A stretch of DNA of 64,000 nucleotides from Macrostomum lignano (taxonomy: Eukaryota). Of this stretch, positions 14,958 to 26,417 are shown piece after piece. Made by a program: the position numbers and the translations under genes. The notes beneath the pieces were generated by a model that did no database searches, was not told the origin of the DNA, and saw only the letters and a list, made by a program, of their open reading frames with translations. The stretch lies in assembly GCA_002269645.1 (NCBI GenBank), contig NIVC01000019.1, positions 372,001-436,000 of the forward strand, written 5' to 3'. Every line of letters begins with the position of its first letter. Within the stretch, counting starts at the first letter, position 1.

Positions 14958-17900
14958 ATGGACGCTGTGAAGTCGGCTATCGCTAGAATTCCCGAGGCGC
15001 CGGAACCGCTTGGCGAAGAGTTCTATGCTAAGCATATCAAGGGTTAGTGGTGCCTTTTGTTTCATTTGTGACCGGAAGTGAGAGGGGTAGATGATTTTAT
15101 TGACCGGAGGTTAGGTGGTTAGTGGTATAATTGAAAGTGAAATGCTTAGCATGACTCAATGACTGGAAGTGGAATGCTTTTCGGGATTTAATGACCGGAA
15201 GTGGAATGCTTAGTATGACTCAATGACCGGAAGTGGAATGTTTAGCGGGATTCAATGACCGGAAGTGGAATGCTTAGCGAGATTCAATGACCAGAAGTGG
15301 AATGCTTAGCGGGATTCAATAACCGGAAGTGGAATGCTTAGTATGACTCAATGACCGGAAGTGGAATGTTTAGCGGGATTCAATAACCGGAAGTGGAATG
15401 CTTAGCGGGATTCAATGACCGGAAGTGGAATGCTTCGCATGACTCAATGACCGGAAGTGGAATGCTTAGCGGGATTCAATGACCGGAAGTGGAATGCTTA
15501 GCGAGATTCAATAACCGGAAGTGGAATGCTTAGCGGGATTCAATGACCAGAAGTGGAATGCTTAGCGGGATTCAATGACCGGAAGTGGAATGCTTCGCAT
15601 GACTCAATGACCGGAAGTGGAATGCTTAGCGGGATTCAATGACCGGAAGTGGAATGCTTAGCGAGATTCAATAACCGGAAGTGGAATGCTTAGCGGGATT
15701 CAATGACCAGAAGTGGAATGCTTAGCGGGATTCAATGACTGGAAGTTGAATGCTTAGCATGACTCAATAACCGGAAGTGGAATGCTTTTCTGGATTCAAT
15801 GACCGGAAGTGGAATGCTTAGCATGACTCAACGACCGGAAGTGGAATGCTTAGCGGGATTCAATAACCGGAAGTGGAATGCTTAGCGGGATTCAATAACC
15901 GGAAGTGGAATGCTTAGCGAGATTCAATGACCGGAAGTGGAATGCTTAGCGGGATTCAATAACCGGAAGTGGAATGCTTAGCGGGATTCAATGACCGGAA
16001 GTGGAATGCTTAGCATGACTCAATGACCGGAAGTGGAATGCTTTTCGGGATTCAATGACCGGAAGCAAGAGTTGATTCCTGGAAGTGGATTTGAGTTTTT
16101 AACCCGGCGAAGTAAAAGAATCTCCCAACCCAAACGGATTCTCTCAGGCGGCACCCTTCGCGACTACCAGGTGTTCGGCGCCGACTGGCTTGGCGCCAAG
16201 TTTTCCTCCGGCCACGGCGCCATCCTGGCCGACGAGATGGGCCTGGGCAAAACTCTGCAGACGGTGGCTTTCCTGCTTGGCCTGCACGGCGGGCGGCGGC
16301 GAGGCGGCGTCAGCGGCCGCTCCGTGATCGTCTGTCCGCTGTCCGTGTTGAACAACTGGCGCGACGAGCTGGCCAAGTTTGCGCCACAGCTCACCGTGCG
16401 GGTGTACACCGGCGACAAGGCCGAGAGGGAGCGCCTGCGGACCGAGCTGCGGCGGGAGGACTGGACCCTGCTGCTGTCCACCTATGAGGTGGCCCGTTGG
16501 TTTTGGTGCTCTGCGGCCGGGTAGCTTTGTAGGATCTGGGATAGTTTTGTTTGATCTGGAGTAGTTTTTTGGAATGTGGGGTAGTTTTGTGGGATGTGGG
16601 ATAGTTTTGTGGGATGTGGGGTAGTTCTGTAGGATCTGGTGTAGTTTTGTAGGATCTGATGTAGTATTGTAGGATCTGGTGTAGTTTTGTTTGATCTGGA
16701 GTAGTTTTGTGGGATGTGGGGTAGTTTTGTGGGATGTGGGGTAGTTTTGTGGAATGTGGGGTACTTCTGTAGAATCTGGTGTAGTTTTGTAGGATCTGGG
16801 TAGTTTTGTAGGATCTGGTGTAGTTTTGTAGGATTTGGTGTAGTTTTGTAGGATCTGGGGTAGTTTTGTGGGATCTAGGGTAGTTGTGGGATCTGGGGTA
16901 GTTTTGTGGGATCTGGTGTAGTTTTGTAGGATCTGGGGTAGTATTGTGGGATCTGGGGTAGTTTTGTGGGATCTGGGGTAGTTTTGTGGGATCTGGGGTA
17001 GTATTGTGGGATCTGGTGTAGTTTTGTGGGATCTGGGGTATTTTGTAGGATCTGGGGTAGTTTTGTGGGATCTGGGGTAGTATTGTGGGATCTGGTGTAG
17101 TTTTGTAGGATCTGGGGTAGTTTTGTAGGATCTAGGGTAGTTTTGTGGGATCTGGTGTAGTTTTGTGGGATCTGGGGTAGCTTTGTGGGATCTGGGGTAG
17201 CTTTGTGGGATCTGGGGTAGTTTTGTGGTATCTGGGGTAGTTTTGTACGATCTGGGGTAGTTTTGTAGGATCTAGGGTAGTTTTGTGGGATCTGGTGTAG
17301 TTTTGTGGGATCTGGGGTAGTTTTGTGGGATCTAGGGTAGTTTTGTGGGATCTGGTGTAGCTTTGTGGGATCTGGGGTAGTTTTGTGGGATCTGGGGTAG
17401 CTTTGTGGGATCTGGTGTAGTTTTGTGGGATCTGGGGTAGTTTTGTGGGATGTGGGGTAGTTTTGTGGGATCTGGGGTAGTTTTGTGAGATCTGGGGTAG
17501 TTTTGTGGGATCTGGGGTAGTTTTGTGGGATCTGGGGTAGTTTTGTGGGATCTGGGGTAGTTTTGTGAGATCTGGGGTAGTTTTGTGGGATCTAGGGTAG
17601 TTTTGTGGTATCTGGGGTAGTTTTGTGGCATCTGGGGTAGTTTTGTGGGATCTGGGGTAGTTTTGTGGGATCTAGGGTAGTTTTGTGGTATCTGGGGTAG
17701 TTTTGTGAGATCTGGGGTAGTTTTGTGGGATCTGGGGTAGTTTTGTAGGATCTGGGGTAGTTTTGTAGGATCTAGGGTAGTTTTGTGGGATCTGGTGTAG
17801 TTTTGTGGGATCTGGGTGGCTCAGAAACTGAGTTTTGGCAAGCTGACCCACCAACTAAAGATCAGGAAATTGGTGGTGATGAGGAACTGGGAAGCTGGCG

Positions 17901-20900
17901 GTGATGAGGATCGATAACGCCAGACTCGCCCTCAAACCAAATGTTTTCAGCTGTGCCTCAAAGACGAAGAGTTTTTCGCTAAATTTTCATTCGACGCCAT
18001 GGTTGTAGACGAGGGTCATCGATTAAAGAATTCGAACTCGCAGCTGCACCTGGCGCTGCGGGCCGTGAGTGACCCTTCAGTGTCGTTTATCAACTAGCGT
18101 TTTGTAGCCTTCTTAAACTCCCTGCCACCCTCCGGGAAACCCCGCCATTTCCAGCTCAATGTCAGCTGCCGCTTCATCCTGACCGGCACCCCGATTCAGA
18201 ACAACCTGGACGAGCTGTTCACCTTGTTGAGCTTCGTTGCGCCAAAGGTTTTCCGGCTCAAGTTGAAGGACCAGTTCATTGCCGAGGTCACCGATTTGGT
18301 GTCCTCTAATGATAGTAAGAACTTCCTATGGAGTTGACCTTGATAGACAGGTGGTTACCTGTGTGTGGCCTGAGCTCCTTCAAGCCAGGTGTGGAAATGG
18401 CAGGTTGTTATCTGTGTGTGGCCTGAGCTCCTTCAAGCCAGGTGTGGAAATGGCAGGTTGTTACCTGTGTGTGGCCTGAGCTCCTTCAAGCCAGGTGTGG
18501 AAATGGCAGGTTGTTATCTGTGTGTGGCCTGAGCTCCTTCAAGCCAGGTGTGGAAATGGCAGGTTGTTACCTGTGTGTGGCCTGAGCTCCTTCAAGCCAG
18601 GTGTGAAAATGGCAGGTTGTTACCTGTGTGTGGCCTGAGCTCCTTCAAGCCAGGTGTGGAAATGGCAGGTTGTTACCTGTGTGTGGCCTGAGCTCCTTCA
18701 AGCCAGGTGTGAAAATGGCAGGTTGTTACCTGTGTGTGGCCTGAGCTCCTTCAAGCCAGGTGTGGAAATGACAGGTTGTTACCTGTGTGTGGCCTGAGCT
18801 CCTTCAAGCCAGGTGTGGAAATTGCAGGTTGTTAACAGTTTACACGCAACCTACCGCAGATTCCGGGGCTCTCTACGAGATTCTGAAACCGTTCCTGCTG
18901 CGCCGCATCAAAGAGGACGTGCTGAAAAGTTTGCCAAAAAAAGTTGAGGTCATTTTGTATCACGGACTTACCGCTCTGCAGAAGAAATACTACAAGGCTA
19001 TCTTGACTAAAAACATTGGTAATACTTGACCTGAGACTTTGACCCGAGTTGACTTTAGCTGGTTTGTTTGACCCGAGTTGACCTTAGCTGGTTTATTTGA
19101 CCCGAGTTGACCTTAGCTGGTTTCTTTGACCCCAGCTGACCTTACAGGGTTTCTTTGACCCCAGCTGACCTTAGAGAGGTTCATTTATTGAACTCAGCGA
19201 CCTTCATTCGCCTTGCAGACGCTTTCGACACTGCAACCGGCAACAAGACCCGCCTGCTGAATATTCAGATGCAGCTGCGCAAGTGCATCAATCATCCCTA
19301 CCTGTTCGATGGTGAGATGAGCTTGCCTTCTGTAACTTTTCTGCTTGTAAACTGACTTTAGCACTGGGGCTAGAAAGTCTGAAAGTTACATTCCCAGATC
19401 CCCAGGCTGAGCACCTACATTCCCAGATCCCCAGGCTGAGCACCTACATTCCCAGATCCTCAGACTGAGTCCCTAATATCCTAGATCCTTAGACTGAGCC
19501 CCTACTGTCCTAGATCCTTAGACTGAGCCCCTACTGTCCCAGATCCTCAGGCTGAGCCCCTACTGTCCCGGATCTCCAGGCTGAGCCCCTACTGTCCCAG
19601 ATCCTCAGGCTGAGCCCCTACTGTCCCAGATCCTCAGGCTGAGTCCCTACTGTCCCAGATCCTCAGACTGAGCCCCTACTGTCCCAGATCTCCAGGCTGA
19701 GTCCCTACTGTCCCAGATCCTCAGGCTGAATGTCCGCTGTCCCGGATCTCCAGGCTGAGTCCCTACTGTCCCAGATCCTCAGGCTCAGCACCTACTGTCC
19801 CAGATCCTCAGGCTGAGCCCCTACTGTCCCAGATACTCAGGCTGAGCCCCTACTGTCCCGGATCCTCAGGCTGAGCCCCTACTGTCCCGGATCTCCAGGC
19901 TGAGCCCCTACTGTCCCAGATCCTCAGACTGAGCCCCTACTGTCCCAGATCCTCAGACTGAGCCCCTACTGTCCCGGATCTCCAGGCTGAGCCCCTACTG
20001 TCCCAGATCCTCAGACTGAGTCCCTACTGTCCCAGATCCTCAGGCTGAGCCCCTACTGTCCCAGATCTCCAGGCTGAGTCCCTACTGTCCCAGATCCTCA
20101 GGCTGAATGTCCGCTGTCCCGGATCTCCAGGCTGAGTCCCTACTGTCCCAGATCCTCAGGCTGAGCCCCTACTGTCCCAGATACTCAGGCTGAGCCCCTA
20201 CTGTCCCGGATCCTCAGGCTGAGCCCCTACTGTCCCGGATCTCCAGACTGAGCCCCTACTGTCCCAGATCCTCAGACTGAGCCCCTACTGTCCCAGATCC
20301 TCAGACTGAGCCCCTACTGTCCCGGATCTCCAGGCTGAGCCCCTACTGTCCCAGATCCTCAGACTGAGTCCCTACTGTCCCAGATCCTCAGGCTGAGCCC
20401 CTACTGTCCCGGATCCCCAGGCTGAGTCCCTACTGTCCCAGCTCCCAGTCACTGTCCCAGCTCCCAGTCACTGCACCAGCTCCCAGTCACTGCACCAGCT
20501 CCCAGTCACTGCACCAGCTCCCAGTCACTGCACCAGCTCCCAGTCACTGCACCAGCTCCCAGTCACCGCACCAGCTCCCAGTCACTGCACCAGCTCCCAG
20601 TCACCGCACCAGCTCCCAGTCACTGCACCAGCTCCCAGTCACCGCACCAGCTCCCAGTCACTGCACCAGCTCCCAGTCACCGCACCAGCTCCCAGTCACT
20701 GCACCAGCTCCCAGTCACCGCACCAGCTCCCAGTCACCGCACCAGCTCCCAGTCACTGCACCAGCTCCCAGTCACCGCACCAGCTCCCAGTCACCGCACC
20801 AGCTCCCAGTCACCGCACCAGCTCCCAGTCACTGCACCAGCTCCCACAATCCCCGCCCCGCAGGTGTCGAGCCGGAGCCATTCCAGCCAGGCGAGCACCT

Positions 20901-23900
20901 GGTAACTGCCAGCGCCAAGCTGATCCTGATTGATCGCCTGCTGAAATACCTGAAGGCCAACGGGCACAAGGTGCTGATGTTCTCGCAGATGACTCACATG
21001 CTGGACATTCTGCAGGACTATCTCACTTACCGAGGTTTGTCATTTGCTGCGTTTTGGATGGCTTGTGGTTGATACGATCTCCCATTCTGCTGACTCCTGA
21101 GCAGAGTGCACACGCTCACGCAGGGTGTACAGCAGCCCTGACTCTAACCGTCAGGCATGTACACTCTCTGTGACTTGGGGCTGGCCCGCATCGCTGTGAA
21201 TCGCATGACAGCCAATTAATTCTATCGGGGTGCAACAATTTTCACGAATCTGTCACCGCACGCCCAGGCTTCACGTACGAACGGCTTGACGGCTCCGTCA
21301 GAGGCGAGGAGCGCTTCCTGGCCGTGAAGAACTTCAACCAGACCGCCGAGACGTTCGTGTTCCTGCTCAGCACCCGGGCCGGCGGGGTCGGCCTGAATCT
21401 GGTCAGCGCGGACACCGTGATCTTCGTTGACAGCGACTTCAATCCGCAGAATGACCTGCAGGCCGCCGCGAGGGTGCACCGCATTGGCCAGACCAGGTGC
21501 ACAGTTGGTTGTGGATAGGCTCTTTTAATAAATCCTTTGTTGCTGGGGGAACCTTTGCCGCGTCCCACTTAAGTGTTTGATGAATGCTTAGTATCTGTAT
21601 ATTAGCCCTTAGTATCTTGCTTGTTGCTGAGGTCTTCGTTGCTATGGATTTGATTGGAGTCGTTGCTAAGGGCTTGGTTGCTATGTGATGCATTGTGGGT
21701 TGTTGCTAGGGCTTTGGTTGCTATGCGATTCATTGTGGGTTGTTGCTAGGGCTTTGGTTGCTATGCGATTCATTGTGGGTTATAGCTAGGGGCTTGGTTG
21801 CTATGCGATTCATTGTGGGTCGTTGCTAGGGCCTTAGTTGCTAAATGCGATTCATTGTAGGTTGTTGCTAGGGCTTGGTTGCTATGCGATTCAATGCGAG
21901 CTGTTGCCAAGGGCTTTTTGCTATGCAATGAACTATGTAATCAGGTCTGGCACATTCGCACCTGCAGGAACGTGAAGATAATCCGGCTGGCCGGCAAGAA
22001 CACCATCGAGGAGATCATCCTGCGGCGCGCGGAGACCAAGCTGGCCCTCACTAAGCAGGTCATCGGGCACGGCAAATTCGCCTTGGGATTTGACGACGCC
22101 GACAAGGCTAAAGAGGCTGATGCGTCGAAGCAGGTGAGACAGCTGCATCTATCTTAAGATATCGTCATGAACAAGTATTGAATTAGTATTGTGTATCCTT
22201 TCCCTCAGATCCCCATTCCTCACGGAACTTATCTTTTGCAGGTCCAAATCCCCTATGATTCGAAACTTCCAGTCCCGATTGATCACAGATCCCAATTGAT
22301 CACGATCCCGATTGATCACAGATCCCAATTGATCACGATCCCGATTTATCACAGATCCCAATTGATCACGATCCCGATTTATCACAGATCCCAATTGATC
22401 ACGATCCCGATTGATCACAGATCCTAATTGATCACAGATCCCAACTGATCAAGATCCCAACTGATCACAGATCCCAATTGATCACAGATCCCAATTGATC
22501 ACAGATCGTAATTGATCACAGATCGTAATTGATCACAGATCCTAATTGATCACAGATCGTAATTGATCACAGATCCCAATTGATCACAGATCCCAACTGA
22601 TCACAGATCCCAATTAATCCCAGATCCCAATGCCATGGTTAACCAAGCGCCCCCGAATCCCCTAACATGCCGCAGCTTCGCGAGATCATCAAATTCGGCC
22701 TATCAAAGCTGATGGACGACATCGAGGACGCGGACGCGGTGAGCAGCGTGGACTTTGGCGCTGTGCTCGGGCCAACAGAGCAGCCGGGAGGTCGCTGGGT
22801 CTGGTCTGAGCCCCCGGAACCGCCTGCGGCTGGGAAGTCGGTCTCTGCATCGAATGCGGCGGCGTCAGCTACATCAGCAGCTGCTGCTGAGGAGGAGGCC
22901 GCGGCCGCGCACATGTACATGTGGGAGGGCAAGGACTACAGCAGCGGCGCCGCCGACATCGACCAGCTGGAGGCCAAGGACGAGACGGTGCTGCAGGCTC
23001 TGCTGACCGACCTGCGGGTGAAGGAGACGGCAGAGGCGGGTGCTGGACGGGGGCTGCGGGGACAGGTGGGTCGCGTGAAGGTCAAAGGGTTGTTCACTTT
23101 GTATCGTACAAGGTCTCAACTATGAATAATCCCATATTGTCACAGATCCCATTTTGTCCACAGATCCCATTTTGTCACAGATCCCATTTACAAAGCCAGC
23201 CGTTTTACAGCTCATAAACAGCTCTACTACTCTTAGTCAGTAGTTGGTGTCGCTGACAGTCGCTCCCATTCATTCCCCAGCAGGCCAGCGGCGCCCTGAC
23301 GCAGCTGCCAGACGCCGCTTCATCGCGTCGGCAGGCCCGGCGCCCGCTGACGGAGGCTGAGAAAGCGGAGCGTCGGGCCAAACGAGAGGCGGCTGCCGCG
23401 GCCCGCGCCGCCGAGGCGGAGGCGGCGGCCCGACGCCGGGAGGAGCGCCGTGCGGCGGAGTGGCGCGCAGCCGGCTACACGTCGCATTCGGTTGCCATGG
23501 CAACGGACAGCAGCGACGAAGAGGCGGCCGACGATGAACCGAGAGGCGTCGGCGACATCGGCGAAGACAACGGTCTCGGGCTGAACTACGTCATCGGGGA
23601 CGTCGCCGAGCCGCAGGAGGGCCTGGAGGCCGGCGCCGCCATCGTCTGCCAGTCGGTCGACGACGCCGGCCGCTGGGGCTCCGGCGGCGTCTTCGCCGCG
23701 CTGGACGCCGCCTGGCCGAAGTCGGGCGTCGGCGCCGCCTACGAAGCGGCCAGCCGGTTGGGCGACCTGCGGCTGGGCGATTTACACCTGCTGCCGCTGG
23801 GCAAGCGGCACGGTGCCGAGATCTACTGCGGCCTGCTGGTGTGCCAGGTGAGCCCGCCGCTGATGCACACTCAGCAATATTGAAAAGTGTCCACGTCTGC

Positions 23901-24562
23901 ACACAAGGCTACACTAGCTGGACGATTAGGGATTGAAAGGTTTTAACTATGTTTGGGCCATAGACAATCAAAATAAGGCAACAAAGAATGAACTGCGAAA
24001 CAAGTACATGCCCATTTGCACGCTGTGTACGTGTCTAATGCAGTCAGTTACAGGTATAGATAGCAACCACGAGCGTCTAAGAGACTGCTCACTCGTCGAG
24101 TCATTCCCGAACAAGGCGCCGCAGAAAGTCTTGTGGAAGCTGTTGCCACGCGACTGAAAGTGCATTGCGCAGCTGGACCATGTTCTGGGGAGATAGAGAT
24201 TGTTACACCAGATATCGGTCTTTCCTGCCCTTTTTTGCTCATTTGTCGATGGCCCAAAACCAATTGGCGAAACCATCGATCGTGCTGCCCATGGACCCTT
24301 GGCACAAGGGTGGGCCCTTTTAAATGGCAGCATTCCCATTCAGTCTCGGAAGCTGCCAAGCATATAGATGCTATGGGCAGGCAATTCAATCCTTAGTGCG
24401 AAATTCAAGCTTTTGAATACTTGCTTTGCATTGTCTATGGCCTAAAGGGGGTCTGTTAGGGCGATTGTGAGTAATTTAGTGAATATTTTAAAAACGCAAC
24501 AATAATAAATAATCCTAGGAATGTAAAGAAAAAATAATTTTTTAAAAGATTTTTGTTCCTGT

Positions 24563-24614
<52 letters not shown>

Positions 24615-25441
24615 AAGTAGTAGTAGTAGTAGTAGTAATAGGAGGAATAGTACGAGTAGTAGTAGTAGTAATAGTAGTAGTAGTAGTAGTAGTAGTAGTA
24701 TATTCCACTTGTGATACTAATGATAAATACTACACATTCCTACTACTTGTAGTGGTAGCTAATATTAATAATATTATTAATTGCTTCACTGCCCAGGACT
24801 CCAGCCAGCCCGGCCGGCCAATCCAGCTGCGCGCTCTCCAGCAGTGCCTGGAGAAGCTGCGGCTCAGCGCCCGTCAGCTGCCTCGCCGAATCGCCGCCTC
24901 GTCGGCCGCCCGGGACGCCGTGGCCAGCGTCCACCTGCCGCGGCTCGGCCACGGCCTGAGCGCCGGCCTGGGCTGGTACGGCGTGGAGCGCAACCTGCAG
25001 AAGCTGCTGGCCAGGCGCGGCCTGCCGGCCTTCGTTTACTATTTTCCTAGAAAGCGGCGCCAGCAGCGGCGGCCGGAGATCAACGACGAATCGGCTGAGG
25101 AGGCGGCGGCCGCGCCGGAGCCGAAGCGACCGTGCCTCGCCTTGGCCGACATTTTCACCGGCTGCCGGGTTGGCCTGGCCGCCGACCTGCCGGAGGCGGA
25201 CGCCGACCAGCTGGCGCGCTACCTGCTTGCCTACGATGCCGACGTGCAGCTGACGGTGCCGTCCGGGGCGGCGGCGGCCGCGCCCCAGGGCCAGCTGGAC
25301 TTCCTGGTGACGTTCCTGGACTCTGGAGACGGCCGAGGGCCTGGCGGCGCGATTGCCGTCACCCCGGAGTGGGTGCACGCCTCCGTGGCGGCCGGGCGCT
25401 GCCTTCCGGCGGGGGATTTTTCTCCCAAAGCAGCTGCTTGA
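14958..25441 (+). CDS. CHD1L: SNF2-family PAR-activated chromatin remodeler CHD1L/ALC1 with macrodomain and an extra C-terminal BRCT; 12 exons: 14958-15042, 16148-16488, 17951-18064, 18155-18314, 18860-19018, 19219-19311, 20864-21034, 21268-21496, 21968-22133, 22676-23065, 23281-23847, 24797-25441; about 1039 aa
   Basis: All 11 introns are GT-AG with matching phases, and exon lengths sum to 3120 nt. Motifs: [16 protein letters not shown] (Walker A), VVDEGH (motif II), [61 protein letters not shown]; macrodomain YVIGDV...[13 protein letters not shown] and SVHLPRLGH...WYGVER...VYYFPR. Confidence 0.95.
15150..16068. repeat. 32-bp minisatellite (ACCGGAAGTGGAATGCTTAGCGGGATTCAATG), about 28 copies, CHD1L intron 1
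   Basis: Direct tandem periodicity. Confidence 0.95.
16525..17815. repeat. 20-bp minisatellite (GTAGTTTTGTGGGATCTGGG), CHD1L intron 2
   Basis: Direct. Confidence 0.95.
18345..18830. repeat. 53-bp tandem repeat, about 9 copies, CHD1L intron 4
   Basis: CAGGTTG anchors at 18401 and 18454 give a period of 53. Confidence 0.93.
19390..20845. repeat. Two abutting minisatellites in CHD1L intron 6: 29-bp (CCCAGATCCTCAGGCTGAGCCCCTACTGT, to about 20440) then 19-bp (CCAGCTCCCAGTCACTGCA)
   Basis: Direct. Confidence 0.95.
21090..21225 (-). mobile_element. Degenerate partial SINE copy in CHD1L intron 7
   Basis: CTCCTGAGCAGAGTGCACACG...GTGTACAGCAGCCCTGACT...GGCATGTACACT resembles 63225-63340. Confidence 0.55.
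21660..21900. repeat. About 39-bp tandem repeat in CHD1L intron 8
   Basis: GTTGCTAGGGCTTTGGTTGCTATGCGATTCATTGTGG recurs about 6 times. Confidence 0.85.
22270..22630. repeat. 17-bp-based minisatellite (CACAGATCCCAATTGAT) in CHD1L intron 9
   Basis: Direct. Confidence 0.9.
24560..24700. repeat. (TAG)n microsatellite in CHD1L intron 11
   Basis: Direct. Confidence 0.95.
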
Positions 25442-26417
25442 GACTCTTTATTTTTGAGCATTTTTCTACTAGCATAAATCTCAATTTACATTTCAATTTC
25501 AATTTCAATGGGTACTATAAGTAGCACAGCGATGCCTTAAGTCCTTATTTTATTCAGGTCGTGAAGACTGCAGATCGAATCCGTCCGTCCATGAGTGATT
25601 TATACAGCACCGGTCGGTATGCACTGGGTTTTGCTGTGCTCACTTAAATCCAACTTTATTTCCACTTAAATATTATACATCCAATCTAGCCTTCAAATAA
25701 ACTTAGAAATCGAATACTATACACAAGTTCTCATATAATTATTTCATTCTCTGGGCAGTGCTGAAAAATTGCTGAATATATTCGAATACTTGCAAGGTCT
25801 AATGCAGTTTATAATTTGCAATTAGAAATCTTCAGAAAAATTATAGCGCACGTGGTAAACAAAAACACAAAAAGTACTCTTCAGTACACAAGGCATGCAC
25901 CAAAGCTGGAATATGGTGTGCTGTAATTGAGCATTTCAAGTCTAGAATATAAGCTCTATGCATATTGCTGATTAACTTGAACAAAGACCACTTGGAATTC
26001 TCAGCGCCAGATTGCAACCGCGGCTAAAAATCGAATCAAATATCAACAATAAAAAATGTCGAAACAAGCAAATTAGAAAGACATCTTCTAAAGTAGTCAT
26101 AAAAATCTGTACTGTCAAATCATTAATGCATTACATGTACATGCAAAAATACTGACAGCTCCGCCTGACAGCTCTAGTCACCCACCCCACCTCTTCAAAA
26201 CCTCAGTCACCCATCCCACCTCCACCTCTCCAAGCCCTCAGTCACCCACCCCACCTCCGCCTCTCCAAGCCCTGTCACCCACCCCACCTCCGCCTCTCCA
26301 AGCCCTCAGTCACCCACCCCGCCCCCAGTCACCCCACAGCCCGCCCGCCTATTTGCAGTATACGAGCTAAAATCAATATGGTCAATCATCGCCCGTCAGT
26401 CAATCAATACTGGCGGG

